DNA from: Tricharina praecox
Taxonomy: Eukaryota
Reading direction: 5' to 3'
Assembly (NCBI RefSeq): GCF_024521635.1
Contig: NW_026250412.1
Span: 620,001 to 684,000 of the forward strand
DNA length: 64,000 nucleotides
Below the pieces are notes generated by a model that had not been told where the DNA came from, ran no database searches, and saw only the letters and a list, made by a program, of their open reading frames with translations. Shown in pieces: positions 50,737 to 62,320 of this stretch. The position numbers were made by a program, and so were the translations under genes. Within the stretch, counting starts at the first letter, position 1. Each line of letters opens with the position of its first letter.

Positions 50737-51886
50737 ATAGTCTGAGAGCTCGTCAGAAGTTCCATTTATCACGCCGTGAATATTGTATATTTCCTGTTTT
50801 CTCTTTTTCTAAGTATTTCTGGTTAGGCGTCTAAAAGAAACTGTGTATAGCCTGATGGATGGATTGGTTGGGACGGGTGGGGACGGGTGGTGGGGCATGT
50901 ACATTAGGGACGGATATGAACGGGTTTCTGGATACCTTAAAAAGCTTTTCGGAGGGTGCTGGGGGGAATGGGGGTGGTGGGGGTGGGGGTGGGGGTGGGG
51001 CTGATGGCGTGTAATTGGGGTTGGGTTATCTTTTTGGAATGGGGGTTTTTTTTTGTAAGTTCTTTCGATTTGTTTATTTCCGCATGTATTTCTAGATTTC
51101 TTTTTTTTTGTGGGTTTGCTTGCTTGCTTGGGTTGTATGTGGGTGGGCCAGCTGGGGAGTGGGTTGATGATGGAGATTGGAGATTGGACTCTGGAGAAGA
51201 ATGTATAACTCTACTCACTTATGGACGCGTGCTTGCTGCGGATAAGGATGAAAGCTCAAAGTGTCACGTACCTATTGCCCTTCCAGATAGAGCCGTAGTC
51301 GGCCGGTCTGCGGGCTTAGAAGTTGGGAGGTGCTGTGGGGCGGCAGAAGGAATAGCTATCATACTATCCTCCAGAGCACCCGTTGATGTCCCGACTCCTG
51401 GACTACTTGTAAGATTTCCGGACATATGTACTCGCTGTCTATTGCGCGGCGGAAACGAAGCTTGGGGTTTCGGCCTGCGCGGATATTCCATCTCACCAAG
51501 GTGCCTGTGGTGGTTGTAGCTCGCTAAACCTGCCGGACGACGGGCGGAGGGTGGGTGCGACGGGTGATAGTATGTGATCGCCGGACAGCACCCACAAGGC
51601 ATTTTGGTCTCAACCCCACCAGGCAACGGTTCACTCTACATGTGACTCCGGCCCTTGTATTCAGGCTGTGTATTCAGGCTTGCGATGTTTCCATGTTCTC
51701 AACACTCTTCATCCCTGCCGAAGCGCGGCGACGGCACGTAGTACACAGCATAGTGTCACGTTGGCAACTCGCCAGGCGGAGTATACCCCTCCTTCTTGAC
51801 ATCGAGTTATTATCCGTTGCCTTCCTTCAATAACGTCTCGACGACTGTTGCATTTGCGATTTGATACTTGCGAGAGCTCGAAATCT

Positions 51887-54800
51887 ATGGCATCCATCTG
51901 GAACTGGTTACAGGCACCGGCCCAAGAGCCACGGTGGACTCCAGTTCGAACACTCCGGATTTGCTCTATCCCATCGCTTGTTACGGGAGAAGAGTTCAGG
52001 GCCTACCTGACGGAACTACTCGGATACGCCGATTTCCTTCTCTCCTTCGTCCCTTCAAAAGACGGCATAGTAGCAACTGTTACTCTCGTGAACGGGGAGC
52101 CGGCAACTCTTTCAAAATGTTCCACTGGCAAAAGGGTGTACCTGCCATACCGGGAAACAGTAGTCGGTCTCACAGTTGACTGACTTTCTCGGAATGACGC
52201 CTTTATACAGCGCGGAAGAGCCGGAAGTAGAGTAGCGGTGCCCACCATCCTTACTACCTACGTTGATTCAGAAGGGCTGATGGACTTCCAGTATTGTCGC
52301 TATCACAGGCCTCGCTGGCCACGCATATGGCTCCTGGAAGGCGCGGGACCATCCGTGGATGTTGTTACGGGACTTCCTGCCGACAGATTTGCAACAAAAC
52401 GGTCACAAAGTCAGAATTCTCACCTTTGGCTACAACTCAGCCCTGCTTGAGAGCACGACCACATCTTCGATCCAACACTTTGCGAGAAAGCTTTTTGACA
52501 GTCTGAAAAGGGAACGCACTGGCGAGAATGTAAGCGGGCCGGGGGCAGACGGGGGGGCGAACTTCGTTTGACAGATATCATTAGGAACGGCACCGTCCAA
52601 TCATCTTCATAGGCCATAGCCTCGGTGGCTTGATCATCAAGCAGGTAGGCAACGTTGCGCTTCCCGTAACATGTATTCAAGCTCATCTTTGCAGGCACTC
52701 GCAGATGCATCGCAGAAAAATGAACAGTACTACGAGGACGATGCAGTGATTCTATCCTCGTGTACGGGCCTCTTTTTTTTCGGCGTTCCCAACCGGATAC
52801 TCAATGTCGAAAACTTGAGGGTTTTGGTGAAGGACCAGAAGAATGAACACTTCATCAACGACCTGAGGGAAGGCTCGGAATTCCTATGGCAGTCCTACCA
52901 ACGATTCACACAATGCGTTGAGCTTAAGGGTTGCCAGGTCACGTCGTACGATGAACTCAGAGACACCCAGTCTGTGGTCATTGACGCCCGCACCGGGCTC
53001 TGGAAAAGAAGTGGCGAGATGATTCGGATCGTGACACGAGAATCCGCAACATACTCTCTTCCCACAGACCCCTTACACAAGCAGTTGGAATTGATGCCGA
53101 CCATTCAAACATGGTGAAATTCACCGACAGCCAGGACGATCGCTATCTCCAAGTATTGGGGAGACTGTCACAGTCTATTGGGAGCGCTTCGATCATTATC
53201 GAAGCCCGCATACATGAAGGTACGTAGACTTTCATCACGCGGTAGATTGGTCGCGGATCAGCGGGGGACGGTGCGAAAAACTTCGGGAATGATTGAGATG
53301 GAGTAAAGGGTAGGAATGAGAGGGGTGAGGGGTGACGGTAATGGATGGGCCGACACAAGGAGAACTAGCATTAAGTATTCTCGTACCGGCGCTGACGATC
53401 TTCTAGTGATAAAGCCCGTGGTCATGGTGCCCTCGAGTATGAATCCGGATTTCGTTGGGAGAGAGGAGATATTCCGAAAACTTGAATCGCTGCGGCCTCC
53501 CAAAGGTGGAAAGCAATTACGGCGGGCCGCACTGTATGGACTTGGAGGAATAGGGTAAGGTCTTAGCCCACGAGACACGGATCCCCAATGGACGTGGATT
53601 TTCAGTGAGCATCCAGACATGACTGCCCATGGTACTACACTGCTGCTGAACGTCCGCGTCCACTGGGTGACAGATATCTTGTCACATTTGTTTTTGAGTA
53701 GATTTACTAACTCGACTAGGAAAACTTCGATAGCGATTGGGTTTTGTTACCGAAGACACAAAGCTCATCCGCAAGCTCACACCTTCTGGCTACACGCCGA
53801 TTCGCACGAAACCTTCAATGACAGCTATCTGGAGTTGAGGCGCAGAGCCAAGCTCTTGCGTGACGACGACCCGGACGAAAAACGGCCGTTGGAGCGCGTG
53901 GAGGAATGGCTGGAGAGTTCGGCCAGCGGCGACTGGACGATTATTATCGATAATTTTGACGAGGCCGACTCATACCTCGCGAAACACCTTCCACTACAGG
54001 GCGGGGTGATCTTGTATGCAACACGCGACCGGAGGCTCATCGGGAATGCTCAATACGTGCCGTCCGGCGCTGGAGTCAATACTGATGCTATGAGCGACAA
54101 GGAAGCATTGGAGATGTTTACAAAGGTTTTGGCTGCCGATGCATCTGCCGCCCTGATGGATACCGAAGATGCCCATGAACTGCTGGGTCGGCTGGAGAGA
54201 CTGCCCCTAGCAATAGCTCAAGCAGCAGCATTTACAAAGGAAACTGGGGTTGCGATCTTGGAGTATCTCGAGGCCTTCAGCAAGTGTGACAGCGAGTAGC
54301 GGTTGCTCTTGGGTGACGAATGGTCAGTGGTACAGGAAGGCGGCAAGCGAAGCGCGGCAGTGACTACCTGGAAACTCACCGTCAACAAAATCCAGGAGAA
54401 GAACCCTGCTTCTGTGCAGCTGCTAGAGGTCATGAGCTTCCTCAGCCCAGATGACATACCAAAGGAATTCCTAAAAGGTGTGCCATTCCTCAGCAAAAGC
54501 GACGCACTCTTCCACACGACTCTTGCACCTCTTCTGAGCTTTCCCATGATCTATCGGCTCGAATCGTCAAATTGTCGCCTGCATCGCCTCGTCGGGTTAT
54601 GCGTCCGGACAGGTGTGCATTCGGAAGACCCAGGCTTTCAACGTAGGAATGTGCTCCAGGAGACAGTCCTTCCGTTGCTAAACAATCGTTTCCCGAAATA
54701 CGACATTCGTGCGAATCACCGTGGGTGTATGTCCCTAGTACCGCATGCAGTCGCCGCACTAGGGCACATCACCGGTGACTCTCAATCTATTGAGGCCGTG

Positions 54801-55530
54801 CTTCTTCTGCAGGAGAACCTGGGGTTAATTCTGGATGAAAGTGGGGACACCACAGGCGCCCAGATGTGATACCAGCGGGCACTTGATGGCCGTGAGAAGT
54901 CCTTCGGAAAAGACCACCCTGTCACTTTCGATACCGTGCACAACATGGCCAATACTTTTCGGCAGCAAGGGGATTATGACAAGGCATTGATGTGGTACCA
55001 GTGGGCATTAGACGGATATGAGAAGTTCCTCGGAAAAAGTCACCCAAGTAGCCTCGGTACCGTCTACAGCATGGCCGTGGTGTATAAAAACCAAGGGTAT
55101 TATGACAAGGCATTGATGTGGTACCAGTGGGCACTTGATGGCCGTGAGAAGATCCTCAGAAAAGACCACCCCGACATTCTCTATACCGTCCAGAGCATGG
55201 CCAACACTTTTCAGCAGCAAGGGAATTATAACAAGGCCTTGGTATGGTACCAGCGGGCACTGAACGGATTTGAGAAGACCCTCGGAAATGACCACCCCAA
55301 CACTCTCCAAACAATCTACAACATTGCCCTAGTTTTTAAAAACCAAGGGAACTATGACGAGGCCTTGGTGTGGTACCAGCGGGCACTGGACGGATTTGAG
55401 AAGACCCTCGGAAAAGGCCACCCAAACACTTTCCAAACCATTTACAGCATGGCTGTAGTGTTTCAAACCCAAGGGCACCACGACAAGGTCTTGTTATAGT
55501 ACCAGCGGGCGCTTGATGGCCGTCGAAGCT
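51887..55530 (+). pseudogene. Disrupted fungal NLR: N-terminal domain + SesB-like alpha/beta hydrolase + NB-ARC + TPR repeats
   Basis: IVAITGLAGHAYGSW; LRDFLP; RILTFGYNS; RPIIFIGHSLGGLIIKQ; DADHSNMVKF; NPDFVGRE; Walker A GLGGIG|KT; WTIIIDNFD; LPLAIAQAAAF; LHRLV; 42-aa TPR units. Frameshifts at ~52181 and ~53083; in-frame stops at 54297, 54867 and 55497. Confidence 0.88.
54867..55530 (+). repeat. TPR array: five 126-bp units plus a partial sixth
   Basis: WYQ(R/W)ALDG.EK.LGK.HP... recurs every 126 nt from 54867 to 55497. Confidence 0.9.
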
Positions 55531-57272
55531 TACTCGCCGACAAGATCGATGAGCGATTGACGCCGAGCGACATATGAAATCCCGTGGACCTGAGTTCACC
55601 CGAGTTGATGTCGTGTAAGTCCTCGTCCTAAGACAGACGCTTGGATGTGGGAAAGATCTTCTAACGGTACTCCTTTCAGTTTTCGGATTCTCGGCTTTTC
55701 TTTACGAACTTTTGCACTTGTGGCTTTGGCTTTGATGTTGCAGCGGAAATCGGCGCATTATAGAGGACCGTCGCAAGCCCTGGGGATGGTATGAGGCGGC
55801 GGTGGCGGGTGTGGAAACGGGGTGAGATAAGCAAAACGGCGGCGGCGGCGGGGGGGTGGATAGCTCGTGGCCTCGAAAGTGTATGGATAGGCGGGGGATG
55901 CTCGGAGCGGTGGCATGTTATTAATGAAGTTATTGCTTGCTTACTCCTTTTATGAAACATGAACCATGCGAGCCCCATCAGTTTTCCCATGGGCGATAGG
56001 AACCGCCGCGCCTTCCTCCCATCAGGCGGATTACGTACCGGCCTCTTAAGGATCAGGTCGACCCCATGGAGAAACCTGCTGGCCCACGACGAGGCCGGTA
56101 GGCGCTATTTGTTGTTGCCCGATTACCCACTTCTGATATACATACTATTTAGAATGGCTAGAGCGAATATGTTTAATGGCTACCCTGCTCCAGCGCCAAA
56201 CGCGGATACAGGACCGCTGCACAACCGCCACCATTCCGGCTTGACATTGGGCACTACTGATAGCTATCCGGGTGAGAGGAATTTAGAACACCTCCAATTT
56301 CTCTTGTCCTCCTTGAGTAAGCAATCACACTTTCCGCTACGCACCCTGCCGGCCCTACCGCCATCCTTTATGGCACCAGCCCAGTCTTCGGTGTAACTGG
56401 TAGATAGATGGCCTACTCTAATGTAGCCGATGTGCGCACGCTGCTGAGACGCAGGACGGGAGCTACAGTGAATCTATGGTACTTGCGCCACTGTTCTGGA
56501 CAAGCCCACTATGAATCTATGGAGGCTTTTCTTTCCTCAATTTTCTTTCTGTTATATGGGCAAACGAGTTACAACTTACCTACGCGCGAAGATAATCGTC
56601 GAGAGAGACGGGACCACACTTGATTGTGGATGGTATTCGAATGCAGTTCGGCTTTGATGGGCTTTGGCCGCGCCCTCGTTTCGTGGGTTGTTCGGCGTTA
56701 ACGGTCGTCAATGAGACGCCGGCCAGCAAGCCACCGATGCTCATACGGTTTCACGTTACATACTCTACTGTGTTAACTCAATCGGATTGCATCCAGCTGA
56801 CTGAATTCGTATCAAGAACTTCGCCAGGGCCCAGGACAACTGTGCGCGCTGATTGCGGCGTAAATACCCAGACCGAACGCTTTGAAACAGGTAAACAAGC
56901 TGCCCTCGAAACGAGAACTAACACTAATCATTTGACATCTATCTGTAGATTCTTTATTGGCGAAGTTTCGTGTGTATGGCTGCAGAGTCGTGCAACTTGC
57001 CTCCCTCACCACCTCTCCATGATTCCGTGCATGACAGCAATTCCACCGCTCACTGGATTCCACAGCGAGACTCACAGCGCATACAGACTCCTTCTCATAG
57101 GTTGAAATCTCAGCCGCCTGCAACTCCTCCTGCGGTGCAACAGACGACGAGAACAAAAGCCACAACTGCCCCGTGGCCAACACCAGCAGCCAAACCTCCA
57201 GAACCCAAGTAATCGACCTTGATTTATCCACCCTTTTGAAGCCATTCCAGCACGCCTACTACGAGAGTCACG

Positions 57273-60200
57273 ATGAGGAAGTTCTTTCTATATTTTCGAC
57301 GTACGAGACGTAGCCAGCGGGCGGTTTCGTCAATCGGAGAGGATCGGCCACGGCCCCCCGCGTCGAATCATCCCCTATCGTCTCCAGCAATTATAGCGAT
57401 TACCCCAACAGAAATACCGCAAGCTCTGCCGGGTACTTCTCCTCCACCTCCAGAGCCTGTTATGTCGGATGTTGCTCCTCCGCCTCCAGCTGAGCCGGTT
57501 CTGCCGGATGCTTCTCCGCCATCTCCAGAGCAGGCGGTTTTTCGTGTGTCCTCCGCGGGGGGATCCGCAGCCGTGATCCCACCCCCTGATCTCCGGATCT
57601 CGTAAGCCACATTTTTCCTTACGACGCCATTGCTAGTGAGGCTAATTGCGAGTGCATCAGAGCCGACTGGAAAGCTGCATTCTTCATCGCTAAAAAGAAG
57701 CTATCCGAAGACGAATGGAAACAGATCAATCCCGAGTCATCGCCCAGCCATATCGTGGATTCTCCGATGAAGGCCGCAGAAGATGCGAGACAGAAAATGA
57801 AGGAAAAACAATGGACCTATACCGATAGCAGAGGGAAGAAAGTCGTCGTACGAGACAAAGTCGAGAGGATCTTAACAAGTATCGAGACGTATGGAAAAGT
57901 TGTCGATACGGCGATCCAGAGTAATCCGGAAATATGGTCAGTCTGACTACCAGCTGCTTGTCATGTAAAAAAAAAAATCTGACAGAAAATAAAATAGTGC
58001 GCTGGTGTGGGGAGCTGCTCGCTTGATTCTTCAGGTTCGTCTTATACCCGGTATCGTGCTAGCTGTACTACATGTATTCCAACTGATAGAAAATAGGTTG
58101 CTCTCAATCACTTTCAGGCATTGGAGAGCTTGGAAAAAGCAATGGGGATTATCCTCCTAAAGATGGCGGATTGCGAGTTCTACGCAAAAATCTATGTCGA
58201 GTCCTTGCGGCAGACTACACTCAACTCCGACCAAAACAGTGCTGCGTTTCAGAAAAAAGTCGAGTCTGCTCTACCTGAGTTTTACTCCGCGGTGCTGGTA
58301 TTTTCTGTCAAGGCAAAGGCGTATTTCCTTCCGATGGGCTCCGGTGAGTTTAATTTCCAAGACAAACGGTAGCAAGGACTTACATGGTGATTTTTATCGC
58401 GCACTTCAGCAAAGTTCACGAGCCCGTTGAAGCCGTTTTCAGTCTACTTTGCGGCCTTTGTCGAGGATATAGATAAGAGCGAGCGAACGGTTCGAGATTG
58501 CGCAGATATGGCAACGATGGAAAAGATCAAAGGTATAATTACTACTTGGTTATCCTCCGTCTTTCTATCCATCACGATCCGAATCGACGTTGGAAACATC
58601 GACTTGCTGGCTTCTAACAAACTTCAATAGGCAACTCCGAGGATCTTAAAAAGATGCAAAAGCTTTTGAGCGAGCTGAAGACCCAGGTTGCTCCCTTGGA
58701 ACGGATAAACGGTGGGTTCTCATTTTCAAATTTACACACTCGATATCTTGTGTGAACATGCGTGCGAAACCGTGATTTTCGCATTGGGTTCTTTTGTGCA
58801 TCTAGCTGACGCTTTTCCGCACGTCAACTGGTGTTGGTTCTGCCCTATGATCACGGCATGCTGATTGCATATGGTGCCTTTCATAGACATACACGAAGGT
58901 GTAAGCAAGCTCGTCCAACACCGCGAGACTGAGATAGACGGTACGTACGACCTGTCCCGATGTTATTTACCCTAAGTTCGCCGAACAAAAACCAATGATT
59001 CCCAGAAACTATGGCACGGGACCTTCGCAAATTTCGGCTCTGGATCGCGGGCGCGGATCCTGAACCGGAGTTCCGGAAAATCGCGGAATGTCGACAAGAA
59101 GGGACTTGTACCTGGATTTTGCAAAGGAAAGAGTACATTGACTGGCTGGAGGCTGCGGAGGTACGGCACCTTTTGATAAAGGGAAAACCAGGTATGTGCG
59201 CCTGTAACTCGGCGACGAATTAACCGGATAGATCCGCTGATGCTACTGAAGGCGCTGGGAAATCGGTTCTCTCAACTTCCATCCTCGAGAACATGCAGAA
59301 GCTGGATGGAGTGCAAGTTTTGTACTTCTTCTTCAAGAACGGCGACCCGAAGACCTCAACTACAGCTGAGATGATAGCGAGCATCGTCGATCAGCTTGTT
59401 ATGTCTACGATCGCCTCTCGGGAGGTGAAGGAACGGTTGATTGAGGTATTGAAGAACGGGCATAATACCGACAACTCGTCCACATTCAGATCCGTTCCCA
59501 AACTTTGGGAACTGTTCACCAATATGCTCCATGCCGTTCCGTTCAAAGTCATAGTTCTCATCGACGCGCTGGACGAATGTATCGATTATTCTCTTGTTAC
59601 AAACCATGTGGCTGCGGCGGTTAGTAGCGCAAGGTTCTTGGTAACCAGTCGTCCGGAGGATCAGATATCTGTGGAGTTGGAAAATGCCCCGGGCCTATCT
59701 GTCGTCGAGATGGACGTGAAAAGCGATATTCGCGACTTCATCGCAAACGAAATCACAGACGATCAACTTTTGCAACAGTTCAAGGAGCCCATCATCTCAT
59801 CGGTTGGCCAGAACGCCGACGGGATGTTTCGATACGCCGCGCTCATGCTCGAAGAGCTCAAGATTTCAGACAAAAAAAAGATCCCCGCCAGGCTCAAGAA
59901 CATGCCGAGAGGACTTAATGGAATGTACGAATCCATGTTGCTCCGTTTGGACCGGAGCCAACATGCTGCAGAACTACGCCGAGAGGTATTGATGTGGGTT
60001 GCGATGGCGAAGAGGCCAGTGACGGTAGACGAGATGGCATATGCCTACGGGACCGAGGTTGGAGAGGAAGAATTCGATCCCAACGCTATAAGACTCGCTG
60101 ACCGTACACAAATCCTGAATGCCTGCGGCTCGTTGGTCGAGATATTTGAAGACACAAAGCTTCGATTCACCCATTTATCCGTGAAAGAATTCCTTCTTCA

Positions 60201-62271
60201 GTCTCCGCAAAAGTTACTCAACCAAAACGAGCGGATAAAGTCCTGTTTGGTGGACCCCATGGAAGCACATGTGTTAATTGCGGAAACATGTGGTAGGGAA
60301 AACGTTCCATTATGCTGCAGAATACCTAAGCCCTGAGATTTAACCATGAGTGCAGTCACCCAAATTTCTTCAAAAGTTTTTCGTGGTATATTCGATCGAT
60401 ACGGCAACAATCCGATCGAATTCTTGCCATTCCGCTACTCTATCGTCAACTGGCTACTGCATGTTTCGGAACTCGCAGCGGAAGAGGACGTCAACCCGAC
60501 TACAGAGTGTTTGTGGAATCTTGTCACATCTTTTCTGGGATCCTATACACTATTTACGAACTGGCGCATGATTTTCCCAACCTACGAAAGAACGCATCGC
60601 GGGTGGTGCATGTATCAACCTAAAGATATTCACCCTCTTCATATCGCTGCTTCATACGGCGTCACGTACACGATTAATCAACTCATCAGCGGAGGGGGCA
60701 ATTTCAATGTGAGAGACAGTCTTGGGATGTCGCCGCTATCGTGGGCAGCCAGATGTGGACATAAGGAGGTGGTACAGTTGCTCCTGGTCCGAGACGACGT
60801 GGAAGCGGACTCGAAGGACACCAATGGCCGGACACCGCTATCGTGGGCGGCCGAAAGAGGGCACGACACGGTGGTGAAGTTGCTCCTGGTCCGAGACGAC
60901 GTGGAAGCGGACTCGAAGGACACCGGGGGCCGGACACCGCTATCGTGGGCAGCCATATATGGACATAAGGAGGTGGTACAGTTGCTCCTGGTCCGAGACG
61001 ACGTGGAAGCGGACTCGAAGGACACCAATGGCCGGACACCGCTATCGTGGGCGGCCGAAAGAGGGCACGACACGGTGGTGAAGTTGCTCCTGGTCCGAGA
61101 CGACGTGGAAGCGGACTCGAAGGACACCAATGGCCGGACACCGCTATCGTGGGCGGCCGAAAGAGGGCACGACACGGTGGTGAAGTTGCTCCTGGTCCGA
61201 GACGACGTGGAAGCGGACTCGAAGGACACCAATGGCCGGACACCGCTATCGTGGGCAGCCATATATGGACATAAGGAGGTGGTACAGTTGCTCCTGGTCC
61301 GAGACGACGTGGAAGCGGACTCGAAGGACACCAATGGCCGGACACCGCTATCGTGGGCAGCCATATATGGACATAAGGAGGTGGTACAGTTGCTCCTGGT
61401 CCGAGACGACGTGGAAGCGGACTCGAAGGACACCAATGGCCAGACACCGCTATCGTGGGCGGCCGAAAGAGGGCACGACACGGTGGTGAAGTTGCTCCTG
61501 GTCCGAGACGACGTGGAAGCGGACTCGAAGGACACCAATGGCCGGACACCGCTATCGTGGGCGGCCGAAAGAGGGCACGACACGGTGGTGAAGTTGCTCC
61601 TGGTCCGAGACGACGTGGAAGCGGACTCGAAGGACACCAATGGCCGGACACCGCTATCGTGGGCAGCCATATATGGACATAAGGAGGTGGTACAGTTGCT
61701 CCTGGTCCGAGACGACGTGGAAGCGGACTCGAAGGACACCAATGGCCGGACACCGCTATCGTGGGCAGCCATATATGGACATAAGGAGGTGGTACAGTTG
61801 CTCCTGGTCCGAGACGACGTGGAAGCGGACTCGAAGGACACCAATGGCCAGACACCGCTATCGTGGGCGGCCGAAAGCGGGCACGACACGGTGGTGAAGT
61901 TGCTCCTGGCCCGAAGCGACGTGGAAGCGGACTCGAAGGACACCAGGGGCCGGACACCGCTATCGTGGGCGGCCGAAAGCGGGCACGACACGGTGGTACA
62001 GCTGCTCCTGGCCCGAGGCGACGTGGAAGCGGACTCGAAGGACACCAGGGGCCGGACACCGCTATCGTGGGCGGCCGAAAGCGGGCACGACACGGTGGTG
62101 AAGTTGCTCCTGGCCCGAGGCGACGTGGAAGCGGACTCGAAGGACACCAATGGCCAGACACCGCTATCGTGGGCAGCCAGACGTGGACATAAGGAGGTGG
62201 TACAGCTGCTCCTGGTCCGAGACGACGTGGAAGCGGACTCGAATGACACCGGGGGCCGGACACCGCTATAG
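57273..62271 (+). CDS. Fungal NLR: Pro-rich N-terminus + Goodbye-like helical domain + NACHT + ankyrin repeats, about 10 exons, apparently intact
   Basis: The spliced frame is open throughout: WKAAF; KQWTY...VVVRDKVERIL; ALVWGAARLILQ; RQEGTCTWIL; Walker A GKPG|AGKS; YFFFK; Walker B VLIDALDEC; FLVTSR; ADGMFRYA; CGSLVE; FTHLSVKEFL; PLHIAASYG; 15 ANK units. Confidence 0.92.
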
Positions 62272-62320
62272 TGAGCGGTCGCGAGCGGGCACCAAAGGGT
62301 GGCGCAGATGCTCCATTAGC
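60733..62320 (+). repeat. Ankyrin array: 15 near-identical 102-bp (34-aa) units plus a degenerate 16th
   Basis: ccgcta recurs exactly every 102 nt from 60733 to 62263. Confidence 0.97.

Noticed and set aside
55600-57200. ORF fragments between the two NLR genes
   Set aside because: Could not be spliced into a coherent frame or assigned to a family.
51887-57700. Amyloid signalling motif (HET-s, sigma or PP type) at an NLR N-terminus or in an adjacent effector gene
   Set aside because: Neither N-terminus shows N/Q/G-rich pseudo-repeats; both NLRs carry integrated N-terminal domains, and no HeLo-type neighbour is recognisable.
60678-62263. Two long antisense ORFs (523 and 519 aa) over the ankyrin array
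   Set aside because: A stop-free 102-bp unit repeated in tandem keeps other frames open automatically; there is no independent coding evidence.
60733-62320. CRISPR-like or true TALE array
   Set aside because: The units are contiguous coding ankyrin repeats (TPLSWAA..GH..VV.LLL) with no unique spacers and no TALE consensus.
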